NCBI GenBank assembly: GCA_963722305.1
Contig: CAVRKE010000002.1
Span: 586,678-650,677 of the forward strand
Direction: 5' to 3'
Origin: Candidatus Levyibacteriota bacterium
GTDB lineage: Bacteria > Patescibacteriota > Microgenomatia > Levybacterales > UBA12049
DNA length: 64,000 bases
Notes under the pieces: generated by a model
Told to the model about the DNA's origin: nothing
The model's input: the letters and a program-made list of their open reading frames with translations, nothing else
Database searches by the model: none
Program-made: the position numbers and the translations under genes
Part shown: in pieces, positions 1 through 8,611 of the stretch
Numbering within the stretch: position 1 is the first letter of the stretch
How the letters are laid out: the number at the start of each line of letters is the position of its first letter

Positions 1-29
1 TTATGAAGAAGGTTGTAAAAAATGCTACG

Positions 30-175
30 CTTGTGGTTACTCCGAGTGTTAGCTAAGTAAAGTAAATATAGGTAAGCCCAGTGAAAGTCTGGGGCTGTGC
101 CGCAACTGTTAAAGTCAGAAAACTATATTTACAACCTTTCACCCGAGCAGGTAATTTGTCCTTCTCGGGAAAAGA
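30..175 (+). ncRNA. cobalamin riboswitch candidate
   Basis: Positions 70-112 read AGGTAAGCCCAGTGAAAGTCTGGGGCTGTGCCGCAACTGTTAA, matching the conserved riboswitch core (GGUGAAA..CUGG.GCUG..CCGCAACUGUAA). A B12-box-like AGTCAGAAAAC follows at 113-124. It lies directly upstream of B12-related genes. Confidence 0.6.
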
Positions 176-189
176 GAAGGATTTTTTTA

Positions 190-902
190 TGGAAAAAACA
201 AGTGAAAATTTAACGGGAAAATTTTTCGATAATAAAGGAATAATCATTATTTTCATAGTAGTGTTTTCCTTGCTTATCCCGTCTGTTTTTGCTTTTCAAA
301 ATTCACCAATCAATAAACAGACGGCGGTGTTGGGGTTGGCGGCAAAAGCTAATTCGTCATTTCCAACCCCGACTCCGCTTCAACCGGCGGTTTCTGTCCC
401 GACACCAACCGGTGTTCCCACTCCCACCCTGATTGTCACTCAGGCTCCGACTCCGACACCAACTATCACACCAACCCCGACATTAACTCCAACGCCAACC
501 GCGGCTACTCCGACTCCAACGCCGACAGTAACCCCTTCGCCGACACCAACCAGTGTGCCGACCCCCACACAAACCGACACTCCCACCCCAACTCCTACCA
601 CCCTTAAAATTCAAATCGGTATAGATTACGCCGGACAAAGGCCAACTGATTCTGATACGACTTCAGTTAATCAAGGACAAACCGCTTGGGATGCGGTGGT
701 AGCGGCAGTAGGCATCAGCAACATTCAATATACGGATTACGGTGGAAGCATGGGGATTTTTATTACCGGTTTTAATGGCGTTAACGCGGCCTCAAATCAG
801 TATTACGAATTTGAAGTCAATGGTGTATCATCAAACGTAGGAGTTTCCAGCTATAAAGTCAATGACGGCGACAAACTGAATTTTGTTTTAACCAGTGATT
901 AA
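190..902 (+). CDS. membrane-anchored PT-repeat protein with C-terminal DUF4430-like (transcobalamin-like) domain; candidate extracellular B12-binding protein
   Basis: ORF 81..902 with a likely true start at the ATG at 190 (MEKTSENL...) followed by a hydrophobic helix. It has a long Pro-Thr linker. The C-terminal ~100 aa (TAWDAVVAAVG...NGVSSNVGVSSYKVNDGDKLNFVL) resembles the DUF4430 fold. It shares an operon context with riboswitch, ECF S component and PduO. Confidence 0.45.
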
Positions 903-1425
903 CATGCATAAATTTAAAAATCTTAGCGGTCCGTTTTTAGTCATTTTTAGCGCGGCTTTAATCAGGCTTTTGCCGCATCCGCCAAACTTTACGCCGATTG
1001 CGGCCATGGCCCTTTTTGGCGGTGCTTACTTAAACAAAAAATTTGCTTTTAGCGTCCCGTTGGGAGCGATGTTTATTTCCGACATTTTTTTGGGTTTTCA
1101 TTCAACCATGCCTTATGTATACGGCAGCTTTATTTTGGCAGGTTTAATTGGTTTATGGCTTAAAAAGCATAAAAGTGCGAAAAATGTCCTTTGCTCAACG
1201 CTTCTATCATCAATCTTATTTTTCTTAATCACCAATTTTGGGGTGTGGGCGCAAGGGTGGTATCCAAGAAACTTAAGCGGTCTCTGGGAAAGCTATGTCA
1301 TGGGAATTCCCTTTTTCAAAAATACTGTTGCCGGCGACCTTTTCTACAGCGGAATTTTCTTCGGGACCTATGAATTGGTTCAGCTTCTTGTAAGCAAATA
1401 CAGCGTCAATAAAGCACATTCTTAA
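895..1425 (+). CDS. ECF transporter S-component-like membrane protein (CbrT-like, candidate cobalamin-specific)
   Basis: 176 aa with 5-6 predicted TM helices. Start overlaps upstream stop (operon). Context is B12 riboswitch plus PduO. Confidence 0.45.
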   Translation: MINMHKFKNLSGPFLVIFSAALIRLLPHPPNFTPIAAMALFGGAYLNKKFAFSVPLGAMFISDIFLGFHSTMPYVYGSFILAGLIGLWLKKHKSAKNVLCSTLLSSILFFLITNFGVWAQGWYPRNLSGLWESYVMGIPFFKNTVAGDLFYSGIFFGTYELVQLLVSKYSVNKAHS

Positions 1426-1434
1426 GGAGGATTT

Positions 1435-1980
1435 ATGCCAATTTACACCAAGTTCGGCGACAAAGGTAAAACTTCGCTATTTGGCGGAAAAACCGTTTCC
1501 AAGGGAGACTTACGGATTGAAGCCTACGGGAATTTGGATGAGCTGAATAGTTTTCTGGGCGTGGTTCTTTCTCAAGTCAAAGATAAAAAAATAAAAGCAG
1601 AGCTTCTACAAATTCAAAATGATTTATTTGAGATTGGCGCCAATCTGGCCGACGCAACGAAGCGAAAAAACCAGGAATTGGGACAAAAATTAAACACCCG
1701 GGTTTTGGAATTTGAAAAGAGAATAGATTTATTGACAACGAAACTGCCAAAACTGACTAACTTTATCTTGCCTTCGGGCAGGAGCGGTGCGCTGTTGCAC
1801 TTCGCCCGGACAATTGCCAGACGGGCCGAAAGAAGAACAGTGGTCTTAGCCGAAAAAGAAAAGGTTCTTCCCGCAGTGCTTATTTATCTAAACAGGCTTT
1901 CGGATTTACTCTTCACTTTTGCGCGAAGCATTAACTATCAGGAAAAGCAAAAAGAAACTATTTGGTCTGCAAAACCCTAA
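1435..1980 (+). CDS. pduO: PduO-type ATP:cob(I)alamin adenosyltransferase
   Basis: N-terminus MPIYTKFGDKGKTSLFGGKTVSKGDLRIEAYGNLDELNSFLG is the hallmark of the PduO/MMAB family. It has an RBS GGAGG 6 nt upstream. Confidence 0.8.
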   Translation: MPIYTKFGDKGKTSLFGGKTVSKGDLRIEAYGNLDELNSFLGVVLSQVKDKKIKAELLQIQNDLFEIGANLADATKRKNQELGQKLNTRVLEFEKRIDLLTTKLPKLTNFILPSGRSGALLHFARTIARRAERRTVVLAEKEKVLPAVLIYLNRLSDLLFTFARSINYQEKQKETIWSAKP

Positions 1981-2021
1981 TATTTATTGTTCTTTACTGG
2001 GCTAAATGTTATGATTAAGCT

Positions 2022-2477
2022 ATGGATAGTACTGCTCAAAACCAAAACCAGACCAATGATAATCAGCAACCGCCAGTTTCGTCTCAACCACAGGGACAAA
2101 GCCAACCTCCGGTAATCCCCGCAGGGGTAGGGTCGATTAATAAAGAGGCAGAAATGGCGCCGGTGAGTGATTTTGTGCAGCCTTCGGAGAAGCCGGTGGT
2201 AAAAGATAAAGAAGTGGCCGAGGCCGGAGTCAAAGAAGTGGCGCAAAGTGCGGAACTAAGCAAAGAGCATGAAAGGATTGGTATTAAGCCCGCGGCAGAG
2301 GCAACGCCGGTTCAGACCGAACCAAGCGGAAGCGTGCAATTGCCAATGACACAGACTCAGGCGACACAAGTTTTGCAGAAAAGCAAAAATATCAAGGATT
2401 CAATTGTCTGGCTGGCGATTTTAATGATTAAACACTTTAAAAAAATGCACCGGAAATTATTGAAAGGAGGAGCTTAA
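2022..2477 (+). CDS. hypothetical Q/P/E-rich low-complexity protein with C-terminal TM helix
   Basis: ORF. Composition is biased and it has a single hydrophobic stretch IVWLAILMI. It lies immediately upstream of the large ATPase. Confidence 0.35.
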   Translation: MDSTAQNQNQTNDNQQPPVSSQPQGQSQPPVIPAGVGSINKEAEMAPVSDFVQPSEKPVVKDKEVAEAGVKEVAQSAELSKEHERIGIKPAAEATPVQTEPSGSVQLPMTQTQATQVLQKSKNIKDSIVWLAILMIKHFKKMHRKLLKGGA

Positions 2478-2484
2478 AAAACCT

Positions 2485-4851
2485 ATGGGACCGAGACTGG
2501 AGATGGCGAACATTTTAGCTTTGTTGGTGCCCCTAACTGTAGTGGTGGTTGTATTATTACTTGTCGCCGGAGTTGTTGCCGGAGTAGGCTACCTTGTGCT
2601 GCTTTGGCTGCGAAACAGCGGCAGGGAAGGGCAATCCCTTGAGTCAACTCTTATTCAGGTAACCGTGCCCAGAGATAACGAGGTCAAAATTGACGCGGCG
2701 GAACAATTTTTTGCCAGTTTTGTCGGAATTAAAGCCAGCGGAATGTTCTCCTTCCTCAGATATAGGCCTCATATTGCTTTTGAAATAGTCGGTATGCCGG
2801 AAGACATCCGTTTTTATGTTTATGCCCCAAACAAATATAAAGATTTGGTGGAAAAGCAGATTAATGCATCATACCCGGACGCGGAAATAAAAGAAGTGGA
2901 CGAAAAAACTTCCAAAGAAGGCTATATTGTCGGCAACGAATACAACATTTTTTCCAAAGAGGGCAGAGTCGCTTTTGCCTCTTTTAAACTGGCCGATTCA
3001 AATTACAAACCAATTAAAGTTTTTAAAGATTTGGCGGTTGATCCGATGTCTTCTCTAACTTCGGTTTTGGCAAAGATGGGCCAGGGGGAGGGAGCGGCCA
3101 TTCAACTGATAATCTCCGGAGCGGATTCCGGCTGGAGCAAGAAAGGCCGAAAGTACATTGCTTCGACCAAAAAGGCCGAATCAAATCCGGAAACTGCCAA
3201 ATACTCGGCAGACCCGAAAGAATTGGAAGGAGTAGAAAATAAAATTTCCAAGCCGGGGTTTTACGCGGTGATAAGAGTCGTTGTCTCGTCAAGTTCACAA
3301 GAAGCGGCGGAGGCGCATTTGGCAAACATTGTCAGTGTTTTTGACCAGTTTAACGGTATCAATAAATTCAAGAAGAACAAGAATTGGATTAAAGGCAATT
3401 TTATCTCCGATTTCATTTACCGCTATTTGCCGGATCGGAATATGGCCATTTTGACCAGCGAAGAACTGGCCGGAATTTTCCACTTTCCTAATAAAAGCGT
3501 GGTGACGCCCCATATTCATTGGCTAAATGCCAAGCGGGCGCCGGCGCCGGCGCAAATCCCCAGCTCCGGCCTGTTCTTGGGTACCAGTACTTTTCGGGGC
3601 ATTGCTAAACCGGTTTACATTCAAAAAGACGATAGGAGGAGGCACATGTATGTGATTGGAAAAACCGGTGTCGGAAAATCGGAATTTTTGAAAGAGATGA
3701 TTTTGCAGGATATTAAAAATGGTGAAGGGGTTTGCTTTATCGACCCGCATGATACCATCGACAAACTGTTGCCACTAATTCCGCCGGAGCGGGCCGAAGA
3801 CGTTATCTTATTTGATCCCTCCGACACCCAACGGCCGATGGGTTTAAACATGCTGGAAGCGCAAACCGAAGAGGAGAAGCATTATATTGTCTCCTCAATT
3901 GTCGGGCTAATGTATAAACTGTATGATCCGAACAAAACCGGAATTATCGGACCAAGATTTGAGCATGCGATTAGAAACGCAATGCTCACAGTTATGTCGG
4001 AGAAGGGCAGTACCTTCATCGAAGTGGTTCGCGCCTTAACCGATGCCAATTTTGTCCAGGAATTGTTGCCGAAAGTGACCGACCCGATTGTCAGGCGCTA
4101 CTGGACCGACCAGATTGCCCAGACCAACGATTTCCATAAGTCCGAAGTGCTTGATTACATTGTTTCTAAATTCGGCCGTTTTGTCACCGATAAAATGATG
4201 CGTAATATAATCGGGCAGTCGGCCTCCGCTTTTGATTTTCGTAAAGTGATGGACGATGGTAAAATTCTGTTGGTTTCTTTGTCCAAAGGAAAAATCGGCG
4301 AGGAAAATGCCAGTTTCTTGGGGCTTATTTTGGTGCCGAAAATTTTGGTGGCAGCGATGAGTAGGCAAGATATTCCGGAAGAAAGCAGGCGTGATTTTTA
4401 TCTTTACGTTGACGAGTTTCAGAATTTTGCCACTCCCGATTTTGCTCAGATATTGTCGGAAGCAAGAAAATACAGACTCAACTTAGTTGTTGCCAACCAG
4501 TTTATCGGACAAATGGACGAAGACGTGAAAAACGCTATTTTTGGCAACGTTGGAACTTTAGTATCATTCAGGGTGGGAGTAACCGATGCAAATTATTTAG
4601 CTCATGAATTCCAGCCGGTATTCACCGAGGCAGATTTAATCAATGTTGATGTCTATAATGCCTACGTTAAAACCATTGTCCACAACGAGCCGATGAATCC
4701 TTTCTCGATGGATTTAACCCGCGATATGGCCAAAGCGGCAAGTATGGAAAACCCGCGCGTGGCGGAGCTAATTAGGGAACTCTCCAGACTAAAATACGGT
4801 AAAGAAATCAAAAGCCTCGAGGCCTCAATTGCACAGAGAGCCAGACTGTAG
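2485..4851 (+). CDS. membrane-anchored P-loop NTPase of the type IV coupling protein (VirD4/TraG/TraD, DUF87-like) superfamily
   Basis: 788 aa with an N-terminal TM helix. Walker A is VIGKTGVGKS. Walker B-like is LYVDEFQNF, followed by ARKYRLNLVVANQ, typical of the TraG/TraD C-terminal region. Confidence 0.55.
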   Translation: MGPRLEMANILALLVPLTVVVVVLLLVAGVVAGVGYLVLLWLRNSGREGQSLESTLIQVTVPRDNEVKIDAAEQFFASFVGIKASGMFSFLRYRPHIAFEIVGMPEDIRFYVYAPNKYKDLVEKQINASYPDAEIKEVDEKTSKEGYIVGNEYNIFSKEGRVAFASFKLADSNYKPIKVFKDLAVDPMSSLTSVLAKMGQGEGAAIQLIISGADSGWSKKGRKYIASTKKAESNPETAKYSADPKELEGVENKISKPGFYAVIRVVVSSSSQEAAEAHLANIVSVFDQFNGINKFKKNKNWIKGNFISDFIYRYLPDRNMAILTSEELAGIFHFPNKSVVTPHIHWLNAKRAPAPAQIPSSGLFLGTSTFRGIAKPVYIQKDDRRRHMYVIGKTGVGKSEFLKEMILQDIKNGEGVCFIDPHDTIDKLLPLIPPERAEDVILFDPSDTQRPMGLNMLEAQTEEEKHYIVSSIVGLMYKLYDPNKTGIIGPRFEHAIRNAMLTVMSEKGSTFIEVVRALTDANFVQELLPKVTDPIVRRYWTDQIAQTNDFHKSEVLDYIVSKFGRFVTDKMMRNIIGQSASAFDFRKVMDDGKILLVSLSKGKIGEENASFLGLILVPKILVAAMSRQDIPEESRRDFYLYVDEFQNFATPDFAQILSEARKYRLNLVVANQFIGQMDEDVKNAIFGNVGTLVSFRVGVTDANYLAHEFQPVFTEADLINVDVYNAYVKTIVHNEPMNPFSMDLTRDMAKAASMENPRVAELIRELSRLKYGKEIKSLEASIAQRARL

Positions 4852-4922
4852 AATTTGACAATCACCACAAAGAATCGTACTATATAAACATATCTATATA
4901 ATATTAATTTCAAAGTTCACTT

Positions 4923-5615
4923 ATGGCAAGAGTTATTGACAGGCAAAAAGCAATTGATTTAAGAAAGCAAGGTAAAACTTACGGTCAAATAAGGCAAGAA
5001 TTAGGAATTTCAAAAAGTACACTTTCAGATTGGTTAAGTAAATATCCTCTTAGCGAAAGACAGCTAACATTACTAGGAAATAATAAAAAGAACAGTAGGC
5101 AAGTTGCTATAGAAAAGACGATAATTGCCAAGCAAAAGAAACATCAATCCCGCATTGAATCTGCATATAAAGAACAGAAAAAATATTGGGTTTTTCTGTC
5201 TCAAAAAGAGCTCGAAATTGCCGGACTTTTTCTTTATTGGGGAGAGGGAAATAAAAGGTTAAATGGCTCGGTATTTATAAATAATACTGACCCAAGCGTT
5301 TTGAAATTTGCTTTGTATTGGTATATAAAAGGTTTGAGTGTTCCAAAAGAAAAAATAAAAGTAGACTTACATCTTTATAGCGATATGAATATACAAGAAG
5401 AGATTTCTTTTTGGAGTAGAACATTAAAATTGCCGGTGTCGCAATTCAGAAAACCTTATATTAAAGCCAGTACTAGGGTAGGGATAGATCAAAAAGGTTT
5501 TGGTCATGGAACTTGCGGTTTAAATGTTAATGATGTTTTGTTAAAAGAAAAAATCATAATGGGAATAAAGGCAATTTCAGATTATTATGCGTTAAAACTT
5601 GAGGCTATGATATAA
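4923..5615 (+). CDS. HTH domain + LAGLIDADG-like domain protein (paralog of 8713..9402)
   Basis: N-terminal resolvase-like HTH (GKTYGQIRQELGISKSTLSDW). The central motif AGLFLYWGEGNK resembles a degenerate LAGLIDADG motif. It has a strong promoter TTGACA-17-TACTAT at 4867-4895. Confidence 0.45.
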   Translation: MARVIDRQKAIDLRKQGKTYGQIRQELGISKSTLSDWLSKYPLSERQLTLLGNNKKNSRQVAIEKTIIAKQKKHQSRIESAYKEQKKYWVFLSQKELEIAGLFLYWGEGNKRLNGSVFINNTDPSVLKFALYWYIKGLSVPKEKIKVDLHLYSDMNIQEEISFWSRTLKLPVSQFRKPYIKASTRVGIDQKGFGHGTCGLNVNDVLLKEKIIMGIKAISDYYALKLEAMI

Positions 5616-5627
5616 TTATCACAGCTT

Positions 5628-5699
5628 GCGCCCGTAGTTCACCGGCAGAACAATTGTCTTATAAACAATAGGTATTTGGTTCGACTCCAAGCGGGCGCA
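5628..5699 (+). tRNA. tRNA-Ile (anticodon UAU)
   Basis: Hand-folded cloverleaf: acceptor GCGCCCG/CGGGCGC; D-arm GTTC-ACCGGCA-GAAC; anticodon arm ATTGT-CTTATAA-ACAAT; T-arm TTTGG-TTCGACT-CCAAG; discriminator A. An extended -10 TGaTATAAT lies upstream. CCA is not encoded. Confidence 0.75.
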
Positions 5700-5774
5700 C
5701 AGGGTTATTAAAAAGTTCAAGCAGACGCACTAATCATTGACAGGTATAAAATTTAAGGTTATCATTTAAACAAT

Positions 5775-6410
5775 ATGTCAGCAGATGGTGGATCTCCCGA
5801 TATTCAAGGTTCAACGGCTCCAGTTCCTTCTATAACAGAAGCTGGCGATTCAAAAACCCTTTTTAACCAAGCGCTTGTGGATAATCCTGGAAGAGCTTGG
5901 ATTATGGCAACATCTAATCTTAGAGCGGATACCGGAGCCAGTTCAGTTGGAGAAACTTCGCAAAGCCCATGGGTAGAAAAAGAGCAACAAGCCTTTGCGG
6001 CATTCGCAGAGAATGTAATTGCCAAGCCTGTGCCGGATGATCCAAATGAGCGGATAAAACTTCAGGCTGACATTGAGGGTCTTTTCGATTCAGCTAGGTT
6101 CAGGCCAGACGGTTATGAAAGTGGACATCCAAGCGAGTTGGCAATGCGAATTGCCGAAAAGATGATTGATGTTGATATGCAAATTCCCGGTAGAGGCGTT
6201 TTTGCGCTTCAGACGGCCGAGATGGCGCATATGCCTGAGGAACGAATCGAATCAATTCGTAAACAAATTTCGTCTCCTACGGCAGGTGAACTACTTCATC
6301 GGGCGGAACGGGCATATATTCTGGCGGCGAGAGATGTTATTAGAGCTCCATTTAGACTAGTAAGGCTAGTAAGTCGAAGGATAGGCCAAACTAAAAAAGG
6401 TTCCAAGTAG
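5775..6410 (+). CDS. hypothetical protein (higher GC than surroundings)
   Basis: ORF of 211 aa with no recognisable motif. Composition is A/E/R-rich. Confidence 0.4.
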   Translation: MSADGGSPDIQGSTAPVPSITEAGDSKTLFNQALVDNPGRAWIMATSNLRADTGASSVGETSQSPWVEKEQQAFAAFAENVIAKPVPDDPNERIKLQADIEGLFDSARFRPDGYESGHPSELAMRIAEKMIDVDMQIPGRGVFALQTAEMAHMPEERIESIRKQISSPTAGELLHRAERAYILAARDVIRAPFRLVRLVSRRIGQTKKGSK

Positions 6411-6429
6411 TAAATCTCCCTAATATAAT

Positions 6430-7290
6430 TTACAGTTCGGTTAAAACGGAGGTTTCTTTGCCGCGTTCCGGCACGTATTGCAGGTATCTTTCGGTGGTCG
6501 AAATTCGTTTGTGTCCCAACACTTTGGACAAAACCATCAACGATACGCCGTGTTTTAAGTGGTGGGAGACAAAAGTATGCCTTAAATCGTTGACTTTAGC
6601 ATCTTTTATTTCCGCTAATCTGAAATATCTTTCCACCGCGGTTCTAATGTTTCTGATTAAAAACGGTTTGCCGGATTTGGTAACGAAAATATGAGTTTCG
6701 GTAACTTTGGGCCTTACTTCCAAATACCTATTTAATGCTTCCTCGGCTCTTTTATTCAAGGGAACAATTCTTTCTTCGTGTTTTTCAAACGGAGCAATGT
6801 GTAAACCGGCTTTAGTCATGTCCGAAAGTCTTAAATTTGCCAACTCGCCGATTCTAATGCCGGTTTGCAGCAGTAATTCGATCACCGCAAACATGCGCGG
6901 ATCGTTTCTGGCGGCATCGCGTAAGGCTCTGTATTCGGTTGGCGTGAGCATTCTTGGTGCGGCCAGCTGGTATTTGGGGTGGGAGATTAAAAGCGAAGGG
7001 TCGTCGGTAACGTATTCGTTCACTTTCAAAAATCGGTAGAAAGTCCTGGTGGAGTTAATTTTTCTGGAAACTGACTTTGGAGTGTAGCCCTCTTTGGTTA
7101 ATTTGGCTAAAAAAGCTTCAATATCGTCCTTACTTACTTCATGAACATTATTTCTTTCCAGTTCTTCCAAAAACGTCAAAAGCTGGTCAATATCCTTGCC
7201 GTAGGCAACAACAGTCGAATTTGATTTTTTATTCTGTTTTAAAAAATTCTTAAACTCTTCGTGGGCATCGCGAAGTCCAATTTGCTTCAT
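6430..7290 (-). CDS. tyrosine site-specific recombinase (XerC/XerD/phage-integrase family)
   Basis: 286 aa with the C-terminal catalytic region ...LRHTFVSHHLKHGVSLMVLSKVLGHKRISTTERYLQY and an N-terminal SAM-like domain. Confidence 0.8.
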   Translation of the reverse strand: MKQIGLRDAHEEFKNFLKQNKKSNSTVVAYGKDIDQLLTFLEELERNNVHEVSKDDIEAFLAKLTKEGYTPKSVSRKINSTRTFYRFLKVNEYVTDDPSLLISHPKYQLAAPRMLTPTEYRALRDAARNDPRMFAVIELLLQTGIRIGELANLRLSDMTKAGLHIAPFEKHEERIVPLNKRAEEALNRYLEVRPKVTETHIFVTKSGKPFLIRNIRTAVERYFRLAEIKDAKVNDLRHTFVSHHLKHGVSLMVLSKVLGHKRISTTERYLQYVPERGKETSVLTEL

Positions 7291-7377
7291 ATTTCAACTC
7301 TGATGTCCTATAATATCACCAAATTTCACAATCGTCAAGTAGAAGAATCCAGCCTCCCCAATATGCTATCATAATAG

Positions 7378-7725
7378 TTGATATTTATGAAAAAAGCAGC
7401 CTTTATACTTATAGTGCTAATTTTGCTGTTTATAATCAATGGTTTACTCCATTCGATCTATGATTTATGGCATAAACAGGACTTATTAACCGTAGCTCAG
7501 AAACAGCTGACCCAGGAACAACTCAAAAACCAAAAATTAAAAGCAGGTCTTTCCTATGTTAACAGCCCGCAATTTATTGAAGAGCAGGCTCATGATAAAT
7601 TGTTTTTAGTTAAACCGGGGGAGCAGGAGGTTTTAGTGTCACCGGATTTGTTGAATAAGGGCCAAGTTCAAAAGCAAACCGAAAACATTCCTAACTGGCA
7701 AAAATGGCTCAATCTTTTCTTCTAA
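7378..7725 (+). CDS. septum formation initiator family protein (FtsB/DivIC-like)
   Basis: Small protein with an N-terminal TM helix followed by a coiled-coil segment (LTQEQLKNQKLKAGL), typical FtsL/DivIC architecture. Confidence 0.5.
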   Translation: MIFMKKAAFILIVLILLFIINGLLHSIYDLWHKQDLLTVAQKQLTQEQLKNQKLKAGLSYVNSPQFIEEQAHDKLFLVKPGEQEVLVSPDLLNKGQVQKQTENIPNWQKWLNLFF

Positions 7726-7735
7726 AGAGGTTTAT

Positions 7736-8275
7736 TTACTGGATTTGTGTAGCAAAATCATTTCGTGTTCTCCCAAGCATCTCTTTAGCACCTGTAACTG
7801 CAAGTCCATAATCCGTTACAACGTCCTCATGATCACTATCAGCTCTCTTATGCTTATAAATAATTGAAGGTTTATCTTTATCCTTACCGTCTAAAACATC
7901 ATTTAATTCTGTAGTAGTTAAAACATCTTCCAATTTCTTACTGATTATAATAGTTAAATCTTCTTCGTCTCCGCTTGTATCTCTTCTACTTAAATGAAAT
8001 CTTTTTCCTTGTCCTTCTGGTCCATCAAACGATTGTATTGGTTCAAAGCTATAAAGTCCTTTTCCTTTAGGGAATAGAGAAACAGATTTGTTATCTATAT
8101 CATTTTGACCAAAAAATAATTTAGTTATTGCTAGTTGTAAATCGGGAGCATCTCTAAATAAATCAACAAATGACCCTACTAGATTTTTTCCCTCTGAATT
8201 TAATTCGCTTCGGTTAAGCTTATAATCAGGGGCAAAATGTTGTGGTTTTGGTTGTTCTCCTCCTGTCTCAGGCAT
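7736..8275 (-). CDS. hypothetical protein
   Basis: ORF of 179 aa, D/E/K-rich, with no recognisable motif. Confidence 0.4.
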   Translation of the reverse strand: MPETGGEQPKPQHFAPDYKLNRSELNSEGKNLVGSFVDLFRDAPDLQLAITKLFFGQNDIDNKSVSLFPKGKGLYSFEPIQSFDGPEGQGKRFHLSRRDTSGDEEDLTIIISKKLEDVLTTTELNDVLDGKDKDKPSIIYKHKRADSDHEDVVTDYGLAVTGAKEMLGRTRNDFATQIQ

Positions 8276-8331
8276 AGTTAGATTCTATATAGGATATTAT
8301 AAATTGTCAAATCGAGGCTAAAAAAACTATG

Positions 8332-8602
8332 TTGCGGGGCTAGGAGTTGCGCCTAGCCTATGAGATTATGCTTTCTGTTTCTCCGGTTACCCAGAGTGTC
8401 GGACTATATCTTTCCCCTTCTTTTTCAAAAAGGAGGGGACTCAGCGTGTAGTCTCTACGGGATCTCGCTTTCGCTTGACTTCCCTCGGTATTACCCTAAA
8501 TAATAAATAAATGGGGTTTCACCGATATAGCTGAGTACTGTTTCAATATTACTATTAAAATGGCCCATTTTGAGCCTCATGTGCACTGTACACTACCCCG
8601 CG
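8332..8602 (-). tRNA. tRNA-Met(CAU)-like gene interrupted by a group I intron (initiator-like acceptor stem)
   Basis: On the minus strand: exon 1 is 8602..8573 (CGCGGGGTAGTGTACAGTGCACATGAGGCT). Exon 2 is 8370..8332 (CATAATCTCATAGGCTAGGCGCAACTCCTAGCCCCGCAA). Spliced, they give acceptor CGCGGGG/CCCCGCA with a C1-A72 mismatch, anticodon loop CUCAUAA and a T-arm CTAGG-CGCAACT-CCTAG. The 5' exon ends in U and the intron in G. A minus-strand promoter TTGACT-17-TATTAT sits 7 nt upstream. The D-loop lacks GG and the T-loop lacks T54-U55. Confidence 0.5.
8371..8572 (-). other. group I intron (ORF-less, ~202 nt) in tRNA anticodon loop
   Basis: Minus-strand R element CCGTAGAGACTACACG and S element AAAGATATAGTCCGAC form P7 (GACTA/TAGTC). 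The P9 hairpin CTCTGG-GUAA-CCGGAG has a GNRA loop. A short P1 forms between exon GGCU and intron GGCC. Confidence 0.55.
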
Positions 8603-8611
8603 CGTAACAGC

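Noticed and set aside
8380-8420. GGAAAGATATAGTCCGAC on the minus strand looked like the RNase P RNA P4 region (GGAAAGUCCGG).
   Set aside because: The same AGATATAGTCC block recurs in all three 23S introns and is paired with an upstream GAGACTA (R element). It is the group I intron S element, not RNase P.
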